From: a virus
Length of the DNA stretch: 40,769 nt
Virus record (IMG/VR): IMGVR_UViG_3300045988_011209
Reading direction: 5' to 3' (one strand)
In this document: positions 6,993 to 15,755 of the stretch, in pieces
How the letters are laid out: the number at the start of each line of letters is the position of its first letter
Numbering within the stretch: the first letter of the stretch is position 1
The notes under the pieces: generated by a model
The model's database searches: none
Told to the model about the DNA's origin: nothing
Seen by the model: the letters and a program-made list of their open reading frames with translations, nothing else
Made by a program: the position numbers and the translations under genes

Positions 6993-7006
6993 ACGGAGGA
7001 AGGGTT

Positions 7007-7255
7007 ATGAAAGAATTCGTAATCAGAATGTTCGGCGAATCCATTACGGAACGCATGAACGAGTTAGGCATGACTAAGACGGCGCTGATCAAACAAGCTG
7101 AAATCTCGATGGATACATTAAACCGAGCTATCAAGGGCAAGTCAGTGCAAATGTCGACAGTCGTTGGTATCTGCTATGCGTTGTGTGTCGACGATACCGA
7201 AAGTCACGACTTTTGGGAAACCGATTACTACAACCCTAAGTTAGATAGGAGGTAG
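7007..7255 (+). CDS. second HTH DNA-binding regulator (82 aa)
   Basis: HTH-like MTKTALIKQAEISMDTLNRAIKGKS. Confidence 0.55.
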   Translation: MKEFVIRMFGESITERMNELGMTKTALIKQAEISMDTLNRAIKGKSVQMSTVVGICYALCVDDTESHDFWETDYYNPKLDRR

Positions 7256-7257
7256 CT

Positions 7258-7374
7258 ATGAATAAAAAACAATTATTAGAACTAGCTAGTTGTTGCTTAT
7301 GGATTTTAGCGCTCGGCTTGTCCGCAGGTATAAGTTTATTCGTGATGTTATCCCTGGTGCTTCTAGCATTCTAG
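7258..7374 (+). CDS. small hydrophobic membrane peptide (38 aa), not in the ORF track
   Basis: Strong RBS AGGAGGT 5 nt before the ATG. Translation is MNKKQLLELASCCLWILALGLSAGISLFVMLSLVLLAF. The start overlaps the upstream stop (TAGCTATG). Confidence 0.4.
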   Translation: MNKKQLLELASCCLWILALGLSAGISLFVMLSLVLLAF

Positions 7375-7377
7375 GAG

Positions 7378-7578
7378 GTGCATATGAATAAGATGTGCAT
7401 CACAGTAGCGGAAGCTGCAGAACTTGCTAGCGTACCGCAAGCCGTTATTCGAGAATGGGCGCAAGATTTTGACTTCCCGTCCATGAAAATCGGTAAGCGT
7501 GGAGGTAAACGCCTTATCCACGTTGATTCATTTAACGCTTGGCTTGCTAAACGATGCCAGGCGCGAATAGGAGAGTAG
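7378..7578 (+). CDS. excisionase-like / MerR-HTH_17-type small DNA-binding protein
   Basis: ITVAEAAELASVPQAVIREWAQ... fits the Xis/HTH_17 family. 66 aa, basic. Confidence 0.5.
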   Translation: MHMNKMCITVAEAAELASVPQAVIREWAQDFDFPSMKIGKRGGKRLIHVDSFNAWLAKRCQARIGE

Positions 7579-7580
7579 AC

Positions 7581-7760
7581 ATGATGAAAGTAGTTTATGT
7601 GCTTCGCATTATTGCAGCCATATTAGTAGTAGGAACTGTCGGTTCTATCGAAATAGACCGCATTGATTTATGGACTGGTATGTGCCAGGGGTTACTAGGT
7701 ATCACTCTTTGGTTACTCACTGGATACTGGATTGAGGAGTTAAAAGAGTATGAACGATAA
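7581..7760 (+). CDS. small two-TM membrane protein (59 aa)
   Basis: Start chosen at the ATG at 7581 with RBS AGGAGAG; the track ORF starts at 7554. Hydrophobic segments IIAAILVVGTVGS and LLGITLWLLTGYW. Confidence 0.35.
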   Translation: MMKVVYVLRIIAAILVVGTVGSIEIDRIDLWTGMCQGLLGITLWLLTGYWIEELKEYER

Positions 7761-7923
7761 ACGATGCTCATTCTGTAATAAAAGAATTAAAAGTCCTTAC
7801 ACAAATTGGTCGTACCTAACAGGTAAGCCTCGAATTGTGTGCGATAACTGTAAAGACATACACCCGTGTGTAAATAGAATAACACGTTTATCCAAACGTG
7901 CCTAGTGAAAGGAGGTGAGGACA

Positions 7924-8034
7924 TTGCGAGACTGTACAACGTGCCCTAATAGAGATTACTGCATTCCTGATGAGTGCGAGCACTTGGGCACAAAAAAAGC
8001 ACCCCAAAGCACGGCAATGCTAAAGGGCGCATAG
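7924..8034 (+). CDS. possible small Cys-rich ORF (TTG start, 36 aa)
   Basis: Strong RBS AAAGGAGGTGA 6 nt upstream of the TTG. Translation is (M)RDCTTCPNRDYCIPDECEHLGTKKAPQSTAMLKGA. Confidence 0.25.
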   Translation: MRDCTTCPNRDYCIPDECEHLGTKKAPQSTAMLKGA

Positions 8035-8086
8035 AAAAATATCCATTTAAAGTATATCACATCATTAAGCCGAAAGGGAATAGAAC

Positions 8087-8510
8087 AATGATCGAGTTAA
8101 AAATCACAGTTGATAAAGCAGTTGAATTAGAACAAGAAGTGAAAGACCTATATCAATCTATCGTAGGCGCTCCAGTTAAAGAAGAAACATCTACTAAGAA
8201 GGAAGCTCCTAAACAAGCTGAACCAGTTAAAGAAGAAGCACCTGCTCCTAAGGATGAACCTAAATCTGAACCAGAAGAAGAACCAGCAAAAGCTGAAGAA
8301 CCAGCAAAAGCTGAAGAACCTAAAGTAGAGGTTCCTAGCCTTGAAGCAACTCGTGAAGCAGTGAAAGACGTAATGGCAAAAGCCACTGATAAAACGAAAG
8401 CTAAAGGCGAATTCAAAGCCTTCTTAGATAGCATCGGTGCCGAAAAGGTAACATCTGCTACCGATGAACAACGTATTCAAATTATGGAATGGGTGAACAG
8501 CCGTGGCTAA
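8087..8510 (+). CDS. acidic Pro/Glu/Lys-rich low-complexity protein (141 aa)
   Basis: Start chosen at the ATG at 8087 with RBS AAAGGGAA; the track ORF starts at a GTG at 7974 in the same frame. Repeats PAKAEEPAKAEEPK. Confidence 0.5.
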
Positions 8511-9645
8511 GAAACACGCTTTACTAGGTGCATCAAGTAGCGCCAGGTGGCTAGTATGTACTCCTTCAGCAAGACTAGAAGCGATGTTCCCTGATGAACA
8601 ATCGCCGTATGCAGCGGAAGGCACTGTAGCTCACGACCTGGCAGAAGCAATTCTACGGCATAAGCTTGAGGGCAAAAAAGCCCCTAAGCTAGACGACTAC
8701 TCCGCTGAAATGATAGAAGCGGTTAATCGATATGTCGACATTTGCGAAGAAAAGGTAAACGAAGCTCGTGCTCGTTCCTCTGATGCGGAAGCCATGATTG
8801 AAGCACGGCTCGACTTCTCTAGGTGGGTACCTGATGGCTTTGGTACTGGTGACATGGTAATCGTAGCCGATGGCATCCTAGAAGTAATCGACCTAAAGTA
8901 TGGTAAGGGTGTTCCTGTTAGTGCCGTTGAAAACACACAAATGCGACTCTACGCATTAGGTGCTTACGATGTGAACGAGTACTTATACGACATTAAAACT
9001 GTTCGTATGACGATCGTTCAGCCAAGGCTTGATAGCGTATCTACCGACGAAATGCCTATAGCAGACCTGCTTGATTGGGGTGAAGAAATCAAACCAATCG
9101 CGCAACGTGCCTGGGAAGGTGGGGGCGAATGTACGCCTTGCGATTACTGTAACTTCTGTAAAGCACGGCACACCTGCCGAGCATTAGCAGATACTTGCCT
9201 TGATACATTCTATAAGAATGGTGGCAAGCTTAATCAATTACTTACTGACCGTGAAGTATCTGACATTCTAGCGATGAAAGATTTAATCACGAAATGGATT
9301 AAAGGTGTTTACGACTTCGCTTATGAAAAAGCATTATCGGGTGAAAAGCAATGGCCAGGATACAAATTAGTAGAAGGTACATCAAGACGTACCATAACGG
9401 ATCCGGATGCAGCAGCTAAAACATTACTCGATAACGGCTATAAGGAAGAAGACATCTTTAAGCCACGTGAACTCGAAGGTATCACAAACCTACAAAAAGT
9501 ACTCGGTAAAAAGGGCGTTGCCGAATACCTAGAAGCATATATCGAAAAACCGGAGGGCAAGCCTACGCTTGTACCGGAAAGCGATAAACGCCCAGCAATT
9601 AATACAGTTGAAACAATGATGAATGAATTTGAAGATGAGGTATAA
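8503..9645 (+). CDS. PD-(D/E)XK-type nuclease (Cas4/RecB-like fold) with a C-terminal Cys cluster; resembles the DUF2800 family of phage replication modules
   Basis: D...E.K-like stretch GTGDMVIVADGILEVIDLKYGKG, C-terminal CTPCDYCNFCKARHTC, and a position just upstream of the DUF2815-like and PolA genes. Confidence 0.6.
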   Translation: MAKKHALLGASSSARWLVCTPSARLEAMFPDEQSPYAAEGTVAHDLAEAILRHKLEGKKAPKLDDYSAEMIEAVNRYVDICEEKVNEARARSSDAEAMIEARLDFSRWVPDGFGTGDMVIVADGILEVIDLKYGKGVPVSAVENTQMRLYALGAYDVNEYLYDIKTVRMTIVQPRLDSVSTDEMPIADLLDWGEEIKPIAQRAWEGGGECTPCDYCNFCKARHTCRALADTCLDTFYKNGGKLNQLLTDREVSDILAMKDLITKWIKGVYDFAYEKALSGEKQWPGYKLVEGTSRRTITDPDAAAKTLLDNGYKEEDIFKPRELEGITNLQKVLGKKGVAEYLEAYIEKPEGKPTLVPESDKRPAINTVETMMNEFEDEV

Positions 9646-9648
9646 GAG

Positions 9649-11187
9649 ATGAACAAAACTTTAACAACAGCACTAGCAATTTCCGCGTTAGCAGTAAACG
9701 TAGTTGGCGCAACTAGTAATAACACAGTAGGCGGTACAGATAATACTATCTCCGCAAATTCTACAAGCTCCGCAGTATGGGGTTTCCAAAATAACATCGA
9801 CGCTAACAATGCGCTAGCGTTTGGTACTAACAATACTGTAACAGGTGAAAATGGTTTCGCCGGCGGTAATAATGCTACTGCAGCAGGTCGTAACTCCTTC
9901 GCTTTTGGGTCTCACGCCGAAAGCTTGGTGGAGTACACCGTAGCCATCGGTAATCAGGCTCGTGTTTCTAGCTACGATAGTGTAGCTATCGGAAACGGTG
10001 CCTTCGTATCCGGCGAGTCTTCTGTAGTATTAGGCAGAACTAATAATGTTACCGGCGCTGATACTGTGGTTATCGGGGCTAACAACGGCACAGTGGCTGG
10101 CGGCCAAAGTGCCATTGTAGGATACAACAATAAAATCGGTGCTGACAAAGAGCAACTAGTTTTCGGTTCTAACTCCGAATCTAATGGCCAAGGTGCTCTT
10201 ACATTTGGCACTCATGCCAAATCCTTAGCCACTGACGCCGTTGCATTCGGCAACAATACGATTGCTGACCAAGCGAATTCGGTGGCAATCGGAACAAACT
10301 CTGTTACAGATAGCGCCGTTGGCGTTGACGGCATTACTATAAACGGTACTCGCCACGTATTTGCTGGCGAGCAGCCAGCAAGTGTAGTCAGCTTTGGTTC
10401 TAAAGCCCGTGCTGGTGCAGGTGGTGTAACTCAATATAACCGCCAACTCACGAATGTTAGCGCTGGTCAAATCTCCGCTGATTCATTAGACGCTGTGAAC
10501 GGCTCCCAGTTGTTCGCTGCGATTGATGAAATCGAAACAAACGCTAAACAAATTGCTAAAAACAAGCAAAACATTAAAGACGTAGCAATCGGTTTGAACA
10601 TGTTAGGCGACGTGGTGAGTGATCATGAACAAGCTATCGCAGGTAATACTACTGCAATCGCCAACAATACTAACCGCATCAATGGTAATGCATCTGCTAT
10701 CAATTCCCTTGGCCAAAAGGTAACTGCTAATACAGCGGATATTAGAAGCCTTGAACATGTGGCAGACAATCACGAAGGTCGTATCACGACTTTAGAAAAT
10801 CGTTCTTTGGGCTTGTCTAATGACATTAACAACAAAGTCAACAATCTTGGCCAACGTGTTAATAAGTTAGGCGCAAGCTCCGCAGCACTTGCTGGATTGC
10901 ATCCATTAGACTTTAACAGAAATGACAAAGTCAGCTACGCTGTAAGTTACGGCCATTACCGTAACAGTAATGCAGTAGCGCTCGGCGTATTCGCTAGACC
11001 TAATGAACGTATCATGCTTAGCTTTGGTGCTACGCTAGGCGGTGAGAACCAATACACCGTAAACGTAGCATTCAAAACTGGTAAAGGCAGTGACTACATC
11101 GCAGAAGCCAAAGATGCACAAAGCCGTATTTCTAAACTTGAAACACTCGTAAACAAATTAATGACTGAAGTAGAAGCTAACAAATAA
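9649..11187 (+). CDS. YadA-like trimeric autotransporter adhesin: signal peptide, Hep_Hag head repeats, neck, coiled-coil stalk, YadA-type beta-barrel anchor, then a 30-aa coiled-coil tail
   Basis: Signal MNKTLTTALAISALAVNVVGA. Head repeats of the SVAIG.NA.A / NSFAFGS type. Neck motif DAVNGSQLFA. Heptad stalk. Anchor LAGLHPLDFNRNDKVSYAVSYGHYRNSNAVALGVFARPNERIMLSFGATLGGENQYTVNVAFKTGKG, followed by SDYIAEAKDAQSRISKLETLVNKLMTEVEANK. Confidence 0.8.
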   Translation: MNKTLTTALAISALAVNVVGATSNNTVGGTDNTISANSTSSAVWGFQNNIDANNALAFGTNNTVTGENGFAGGNNATAAGRNSFAFGSHAESLVEYTVAIGNQARVSSYDSVAIGNGAFVSGESSVVLGRTNNVTGADTVVIGANNGTVAGGQSAIVGYNNKIGADKEQLVFGSNSESNGQGALTFGTHAKSLATDAVAFGNNTIADQANSVAIGTNSVTDSAVGVDGITINGTRHVFAGEQPASVVSFGSKARAGAGGVTQYNRQLTNVSAGQISADSLDAVNGSQLFAAIDEIETNAKQIAKNKQNIKDVAIGLNMLGDVVSDHEQAIAGNTTAIANNTNRINGNASAINSLGQKVTANTADIRSLEHVADNHEGRITTLENRSLGLSNDINNKVNNLGQRVNKLGASSAALAGLHPLDFNRNDKVSYAVSYGHYRNSNAVALGVFARPNERIMLSFGATLGGENQYTVNVAFKTGKGSDYIAEAKDAQSRISKLETLVNKLMTEVEANK

Positions 11188-11213
11188 TTCATTTAAAGAA
11201 GGAGACCGTAACA

Positions 11214-11774
11214 ATGGCTAAATTAACAACTGGTATCGTAAGACTTTCCTATGCAAACATCGCTCAACCTCGTAAAAACGACGACGGAAAAGCAAAATAC
11301 AGCTCTCAAATCATTATTGATAAAACAGATAAGAAGACAATCAAAGCATTTGAACGTGCGATTGAAGAACTTAAGGCTGATCCAAAAGCAGTAGCTAAAG
11401 TAGAAGGTAAAGCTGCATACCTTAAATTGAATTTACGTGATGGTGATACAGATGAAGCAGTAGCTGACCAACCTGAAACATACGCTGGCAAGTTCTTCAT
11501 CAACGCTAACAGCGATAAACAACCTATCGTATTTACTCGTGACAAAATCAAGATGGACCAATTCGACATTGAAGAAGAAATTTACTCCGGTGTCTACGCG
11601 CAGGTAGCGCTTTCTGTGTTCGCTTACAACTTCAACGGTAAAAAAGGTGTAGGCTTTGGCCTAAATGGTGTTCGTAAAGTTAAAGATGGTGACCGCCTCG
11701 GTGGTGTTCATGTATCTGCTAGCGACTTCGGGGATGACGATTTAGGTGACCTAGACGATGACGATTTAATCTAA
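11214..11774 (+). CDS. DUF2815-like protein, probable phage single-stranded DNA-binding protein (acidic C-terminal tail)
   Basis: N-terminus MAKLTTGIVRLSYANI, which I recall as typical of DUF2815. C-terminus DFGDDDLGDLDDDDLI resembles the acidic tip of SSB proteins. Sits between the nuclease and the DNA polymerase. Confidence 0.6.
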   Translation: MAKLTTGIVRLSYANIAQPRKNDDGKAKYSSQIIIDKTDKKTIKAFERAIEELKADPKAVAKVEGKAAYLKLNLRDGDTDEAVADQPETYAGKFFINANSDKQPIVFTRDKIKMDQFDIEEEIYSGVYAQVALSVFAYNFNGKKGVGFGLNGVRKVKDGDRLGGVHVSASDFGDDDLGDLDDDDLI

Positions 11775-11784
11775 GGAGGCATAT

Positions 11785-13719
11785 ATGGAGCTCAGTATTG
11801 ATGTGGAAACGTATTCTGACTGCCCTATTAAATATGGGGCTCAGCGATACGTTGATGATACAACATTTGAAATACTGCTCTTTGCCTACAGCTTCGATGA
11901 CGAACCGGTCGAAGTAATTGATATGACAAAGGATCCACTGCCCGAAAGGGTGGTGGACGCTTTGTATAACAAGGAAATTACAAAGACCGCATTCAACGCA
12001 GCATTCGAAATGCTTTGTCTAAAAAAGTACTTCCCTGATGCGGACTATACGAACTGGGAATGTACCTCTGTACTAGCGTTATACTGCAGCTTACCGGCAA
12101 GCCTCGATAATGTATCTAAGGCTTTGAAATTAGGAGAAGCCAAGGACACAAGAGGTAAACGCCTAATTCAGTTCTTCTCTGTACCACGTAAGCCTACTAA
12201 GACAAATCCTAAGACACGTAATATGCCCGAGGATGCGCCGGAGAAATGGGCGGAATATATTGAATATAACCGCCAAGACGTAGTGGTAGAGAAGGCAATT
12301 CGTAAACGCTTACTTTCGCTAAAGCCACCTGCTATCGAGCACGAGTACTGGTTACTCGACCAAGATATCAACTGGCTAGGCGTAAAAGTAGATATGGAAC
12401 TCGTCGATGCAGCGCTTGCATGCAATGACGAAATCGTGGAAGAAGCTACCGAGTCATCTAAGATATTAACCGGATTAGAGAATCCAAATAGTACGATGCA
12501 ACTTAAAGAGTGGCTAACTGCAAGACTAGGATATGATCTAGAAACAATGAGAAAAGACGATGTATCAAGCCTCTTAGAACAGGATATCCCCTCTGATGTT
12601 CGCAAGGTACTGCAAAATAGACAGGTACTCGGTAACTCCTCCATCAAAAAATACTTGGCCATGAAAAACGCTGTATGTTCAGATGGTCGCATCCATGGCA
12701 TGCTTCAGTTTTATGGAGCAATGCGAAGTGGACGATGGGCAGGTCGTGTAGTACAACTGCAGAACCTCCCTCGTAACTACTTAGAAGATTTAGACACCGC
12801 TCGGGAAGTTCTTAAGAGTAGAGATGTAGAAATGCTAGACCTACTATATGGAAACCCTGGCGATGTGATTAAGCAACTTATCCGTACTGCTCTTGTAGCA
12901 GAAGAGGGGCACCGATTTATTGTAGCCGATTTCAGTGCTATTGAAGCACGTGTTATAGCTTGGCTAGCTCACGAGAAATGGCGCCAGGATGTATTTGCGC
13001 AAGGTGGTGACATCTACTGTGCATCTGCATCTAGTATGTTCCACGTTCCAGTTGAGAAGCACGGCGTTAACGGTCACCTTCGCCAAAAAGGTAAGGTAGC
13101 AGAATTAGCGCTCGGCTATGGTGGCGGTGTAGGAGCTATGAAGGCGATGGACTCAAAAGGGGAAATTCCTGAAAAGGAGCTACCGGGTATCATCGAAGCT
13201 TGGCGACAAGCTAGCCCACGAATTACGAGATTTTGGAAAGATGCAGACAGCGCAGCAAAGCAAGTAGTGAAAACAGGAGAACCCGTACGAATTAGACAAG
13301 GTAATATTAAATTCTTTAAATCGAAAGGCTTCCTGTTCATCGAATTACCGTCCGGTCGAAGACTTGCCTATGCAAGACCTAGAATTGGGACTAACCGGTT
13401 CGGTAGTGAATCGATTGAGTATGACGGTATGGATCAGGTTAAGAATACATGGGGCAGAGTTGAAACCTATGGCGGAAAGCTCGTCGAAAACATTGTACAG
13501 GCGGTGGCAAGAGATTGCTTAGCAGCATCAATGCTACGGCTTTCTAAAGCAGGATACAAGATTGTTGCCCACATCCACGACGAAGTGGTTATCGAAGCGC
13601 CAATAGGTGAAGGCAGTTTAGAAGAAGTTATAGATATTATGTGTGAACCTGAACCCTGGAATGAAGGGCTCATATTAAACGCAGCAGGGTTTGAGAACCC
13701 TTACTACATGAAGGATTAG
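11785..13719 (+). CDS. family A (Pol I-like) DNA polymerase with a 3'-5' exonuclease domain
   Basis: Exo I motif IDVETYS. Polymerase motif B RQKGKVAELALGYGGG. Motif C HDEVVIE. Confidence 0.85.
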   Translation: MELSIDVETYSDCPIKYGAQRYVDDTTFEILLFAYSFDDEPVEVIDMTKDPLPERVVDALYNKEITKTAFNAAFEMLCLKKYFPDADYTNWECTSVLALYCSLPASLDNVSKALKLGEAKDTRGKRLIQFFSVPRKPTKTNPKTRNMPEDAPEKWAEYIEYNRQDVVVEKAIRKRLLSLKPPAIEHEYWLLDQDINWLGVKVDMELVDAALACNDEIVEEATESSKILTGLENPNSTMQLKEWLTARLGYDLETMRKDDVSSLLEQDIPSDVRKVLQNRQVLGNSSIKKYLAMKNAVCSDGRIHGMLQFYGAMRSGRWAGRVVQLQNLPRNYLEDLDTAREVLKSRDVEMLDLLYGNPGDVIKQLIRTALVAEEGHRFIVADFSAIEARVIAWLAHEKWRQDVFAQGGDIYCASASSMFHVPVEKHGVNGHLRQKGKVAELALGYGGGVGAMKAMDSKGEIPEKELPGIIEAWRQASPRITRFWKDADSAAKQVVKTGEPVRIRQGNIKFFKSKGFLFIELPSGRRLAYARPRIGTNRFGSESIEYDGMDQVKNTWGRVETYGGKLVENIVQAVARDCLAASMLRLSKAGYKIVAHIHDEVVIEAPIGEGSLEEVIDIMCEPEPWNEGLILNAAGFENPYYMKD

Positions 13720-13732
13720 GAGGACAATTCTT

Positions 13733-14062
13733 ATGAAACTCTCAAAACAACAAATTCAACAACAACGCGAAGCAATCGACGGCTTATATGAACTCGTAAA
13801 AGATGCACCAGCTAGTGAGCGTAAAGATACAGCTATGGCGTACTGCGAAGGATGTATTGCTGCTTGCGACCTCGCGCTTAAGATATTAAATGGCAAGAAA
13901 GCAGAAGCTCCTAAGGTGGAAGAACCTGAAACTGCTCCAGTGGTAGAAGAACAATCCGCTGAGAAACCAAAACGTAAACGTAAGAAGAAAGAAGAACCTG
14001 TAGTAGAAGCTCCAGTAGTTGAGGAAACTCCTGAAGAAGATGATTTAGACGATTTGTTATAA
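13733..14062 (+). CDS. hypothetical acidic protein with a Pro/Glu/Lys-rich tail (109 aa)
   Basis: ORF with RBS AGGAGGA. No motif recognised. Confidence 0.45.
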   Translation: MKLSKQQIQQQREAIDGLYELVKDAPASERKDTAMAYCEGCIAACDLALKILNGKKAEAPKVEEPETAPVVEEQSAEKPKRKRKKKEEPVVEAPVVEETPEEDDLDDLL

Positions 14063-14080
14063 GAGAAAGGATAGCGCCTT

Positions 14081-15754
14081 ATGAAGGTCTTATTCAATCT
14101 ACAAGTACAACAGCTGTACGACCTAGTGCGGCGCAATCAAGTGTCACCTTTTAACCCCGCAAGTTATTACCATGTACCTTGCGAACACTCCTTCGCTAAT
14201 CTTTGGCCAATGGAATCTAATGGGTTCGGGATAGTGCCTTGCCGGGAATCAGATGAGTTCTATTGTCCAAAATGCGGTGAGCGGATCAACGCTAAAGGGT
14301 TTACTGCAGAAGTTGGGTATAGCGCCACAGTTCCTTTATCCCTAGACTTATCAATTATAGATAGGGGCGATAAACTGGACGTGCAATTTGAGTACGACAC
14401 GGTATACGCCGACGGAGATAATGGGATGATTTACAAAGGCTATAAATCTCACGTCATCGATGTGGTGCGGTTTGACTTTAAACAAAGAAAAACCTTTATC
14501 ATACTTAAGAAACGCTCACGCAGCGACGTCGTCGAAGAAGCGACAGTCTCCCCGTCGGGCTTTAGTAATTCCCTTTCATCGTTAGATTGGTTCGTAGCCA
14601 CTCCTGACTGCAGACTACATAACTACAGGGATGAGTTAAAATGTTTCGCTAAGGTGCTAAAAGAAGTATTCTTCACGAAATTATCAAAGGTCGTAGGCTA
14701 TAAAGTCAAATCCATTAGACAAGGCGTACAGGTGTCTAACCATTACGGAGCCTTCGATAACCTACTCCATAACTTAGTATGGAAATTACAAGCTCCGGAT
14801 GCGCCGGCTATCAATGACAGCTTAAAGCGTGACTATGACGACTACTATAATCGGAAATTCCCCAACGAGACACTTGGTATGGGTAACGTATTAGAGTTAA
14901 CGATAAAAGGTGATTCCTTTGTAAAGGGCTTAATCAAGGCTCATAACTTACCTGATACCCGATGGGTTCGTCGGTTATTACACGATAGACCGTTCTTCTA
15001 TGCGAAGATCATCAAAGTTATGGCTACGTTATTTAAGAACAAGGACTATCAAAAGGCGATGGTCGATGTTATCAAAGATAACGCTGATAATACAAGTTAT
15101 ATTCAGTCCTGGCCATTATGGCGTGATGACCGTGATTTATCTGTCATTCGTAAATTTGTTAATATCCTTAGCCATCAATACGGTGAGCGCCAGGCGTTCT
15201 TATTCATTAGAAATGCGCCTTCCTATCACGATGTCAGAGATACAGCTAGTATGTATTTTGAGTTATCGAGAAGTCGCCGTAAAGAGGTTTGGGGTAGTCG
15301 CATCCAGGTGCGTAACCTACATGACACAATCTCGAGAATGCAAAAGTTCGACAAAGTGGAAGACGAAATCGTGCAGCAGCGTAAAGCACATCGCGCTTTA
15401 GCTGACATGGTTAATGGTTACCGCTTCATGGCTATCGGTTCTACACACGGCATCATTGATATGGGGATACAGCTTAATAACTGTGTAAGCTCCTATATCA
15501 AGAAGGTGAAAGCAGAAACGTGTGCTATCGTAGGCGTCTATAAATGTAACGAGCCAGTAGCGTGTATCGAAGTTAATCCGAAAAGTGATGCGGACGACTT
15601 TGTAGAAATACACCAGGCTAAACTTAAAAACAATCGTGGCGTGTACGAAGACCACGATATCAACGGAGCTGTAACGCAGTGGGTAACCTCTCACGGCTTA
15701 TGCGTTCCGGCGTATGTACGAGATATCCAGTTTGCGAAGGGAGGAGCGATGTAA
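14081..15754 (+). CDS. large hypothetical protein with an N-terminal Cys4 zinc-ribbon (CEH...CPKC), located inside the replication module
   Basis: A 557-aa ORF with a good RBS, sitting between PolA and the primase. Function is unknown. Confidence 0.5.
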   Translation: MKVLFNLQVQQLYDLVRRNQVSPFNPASYYHVPCEHSFANLWPMESNGFGIVPCRESDEFYCPKCGERINAKGFTAEVGYSATVPLSLDLSIIDRGDKLDVQFEYDTVYADGDNGMIYKGYKSHVIDVVRFDFKQRKTFIILKKRSRSDVVEEATVSPSGFSNSLSSLDWFVATPDCRLHNYRDELKCFAKVLKEVFFTKLSKVVGYKVKSIRQGVQVSNHYGAFDNLLHNLVWKLQAPDAPAINDSLKRDYDDYYNRKFPNETLGMGNVLELTIKGDSFVKGLIKAHNLPDTRWVRRLLHDRPFFYAKIIKVMATLFKNKDYQKAMVDVIKDNADNTSYIQSWPLWRDDRDLSVIRKFVNILSHQYGERQAFLFIRNAPSYHDVRDTASMYFELSRSRRKEVWGSRIQVRNLHDTISRMQKFDKVEDEIVQQRKAHRALADMVNGYRFMAIGSTHGIIDMGIQLNNCVSSYIKKVKAETCAIVGVYKCNEPVACIEVNPKSDADDFVEIHQAKLKNNRGVYEDHDINGAVTQWVTSHGLCVPAYVRDIQFAKGGAM

Positions 15755-15755
15755 T

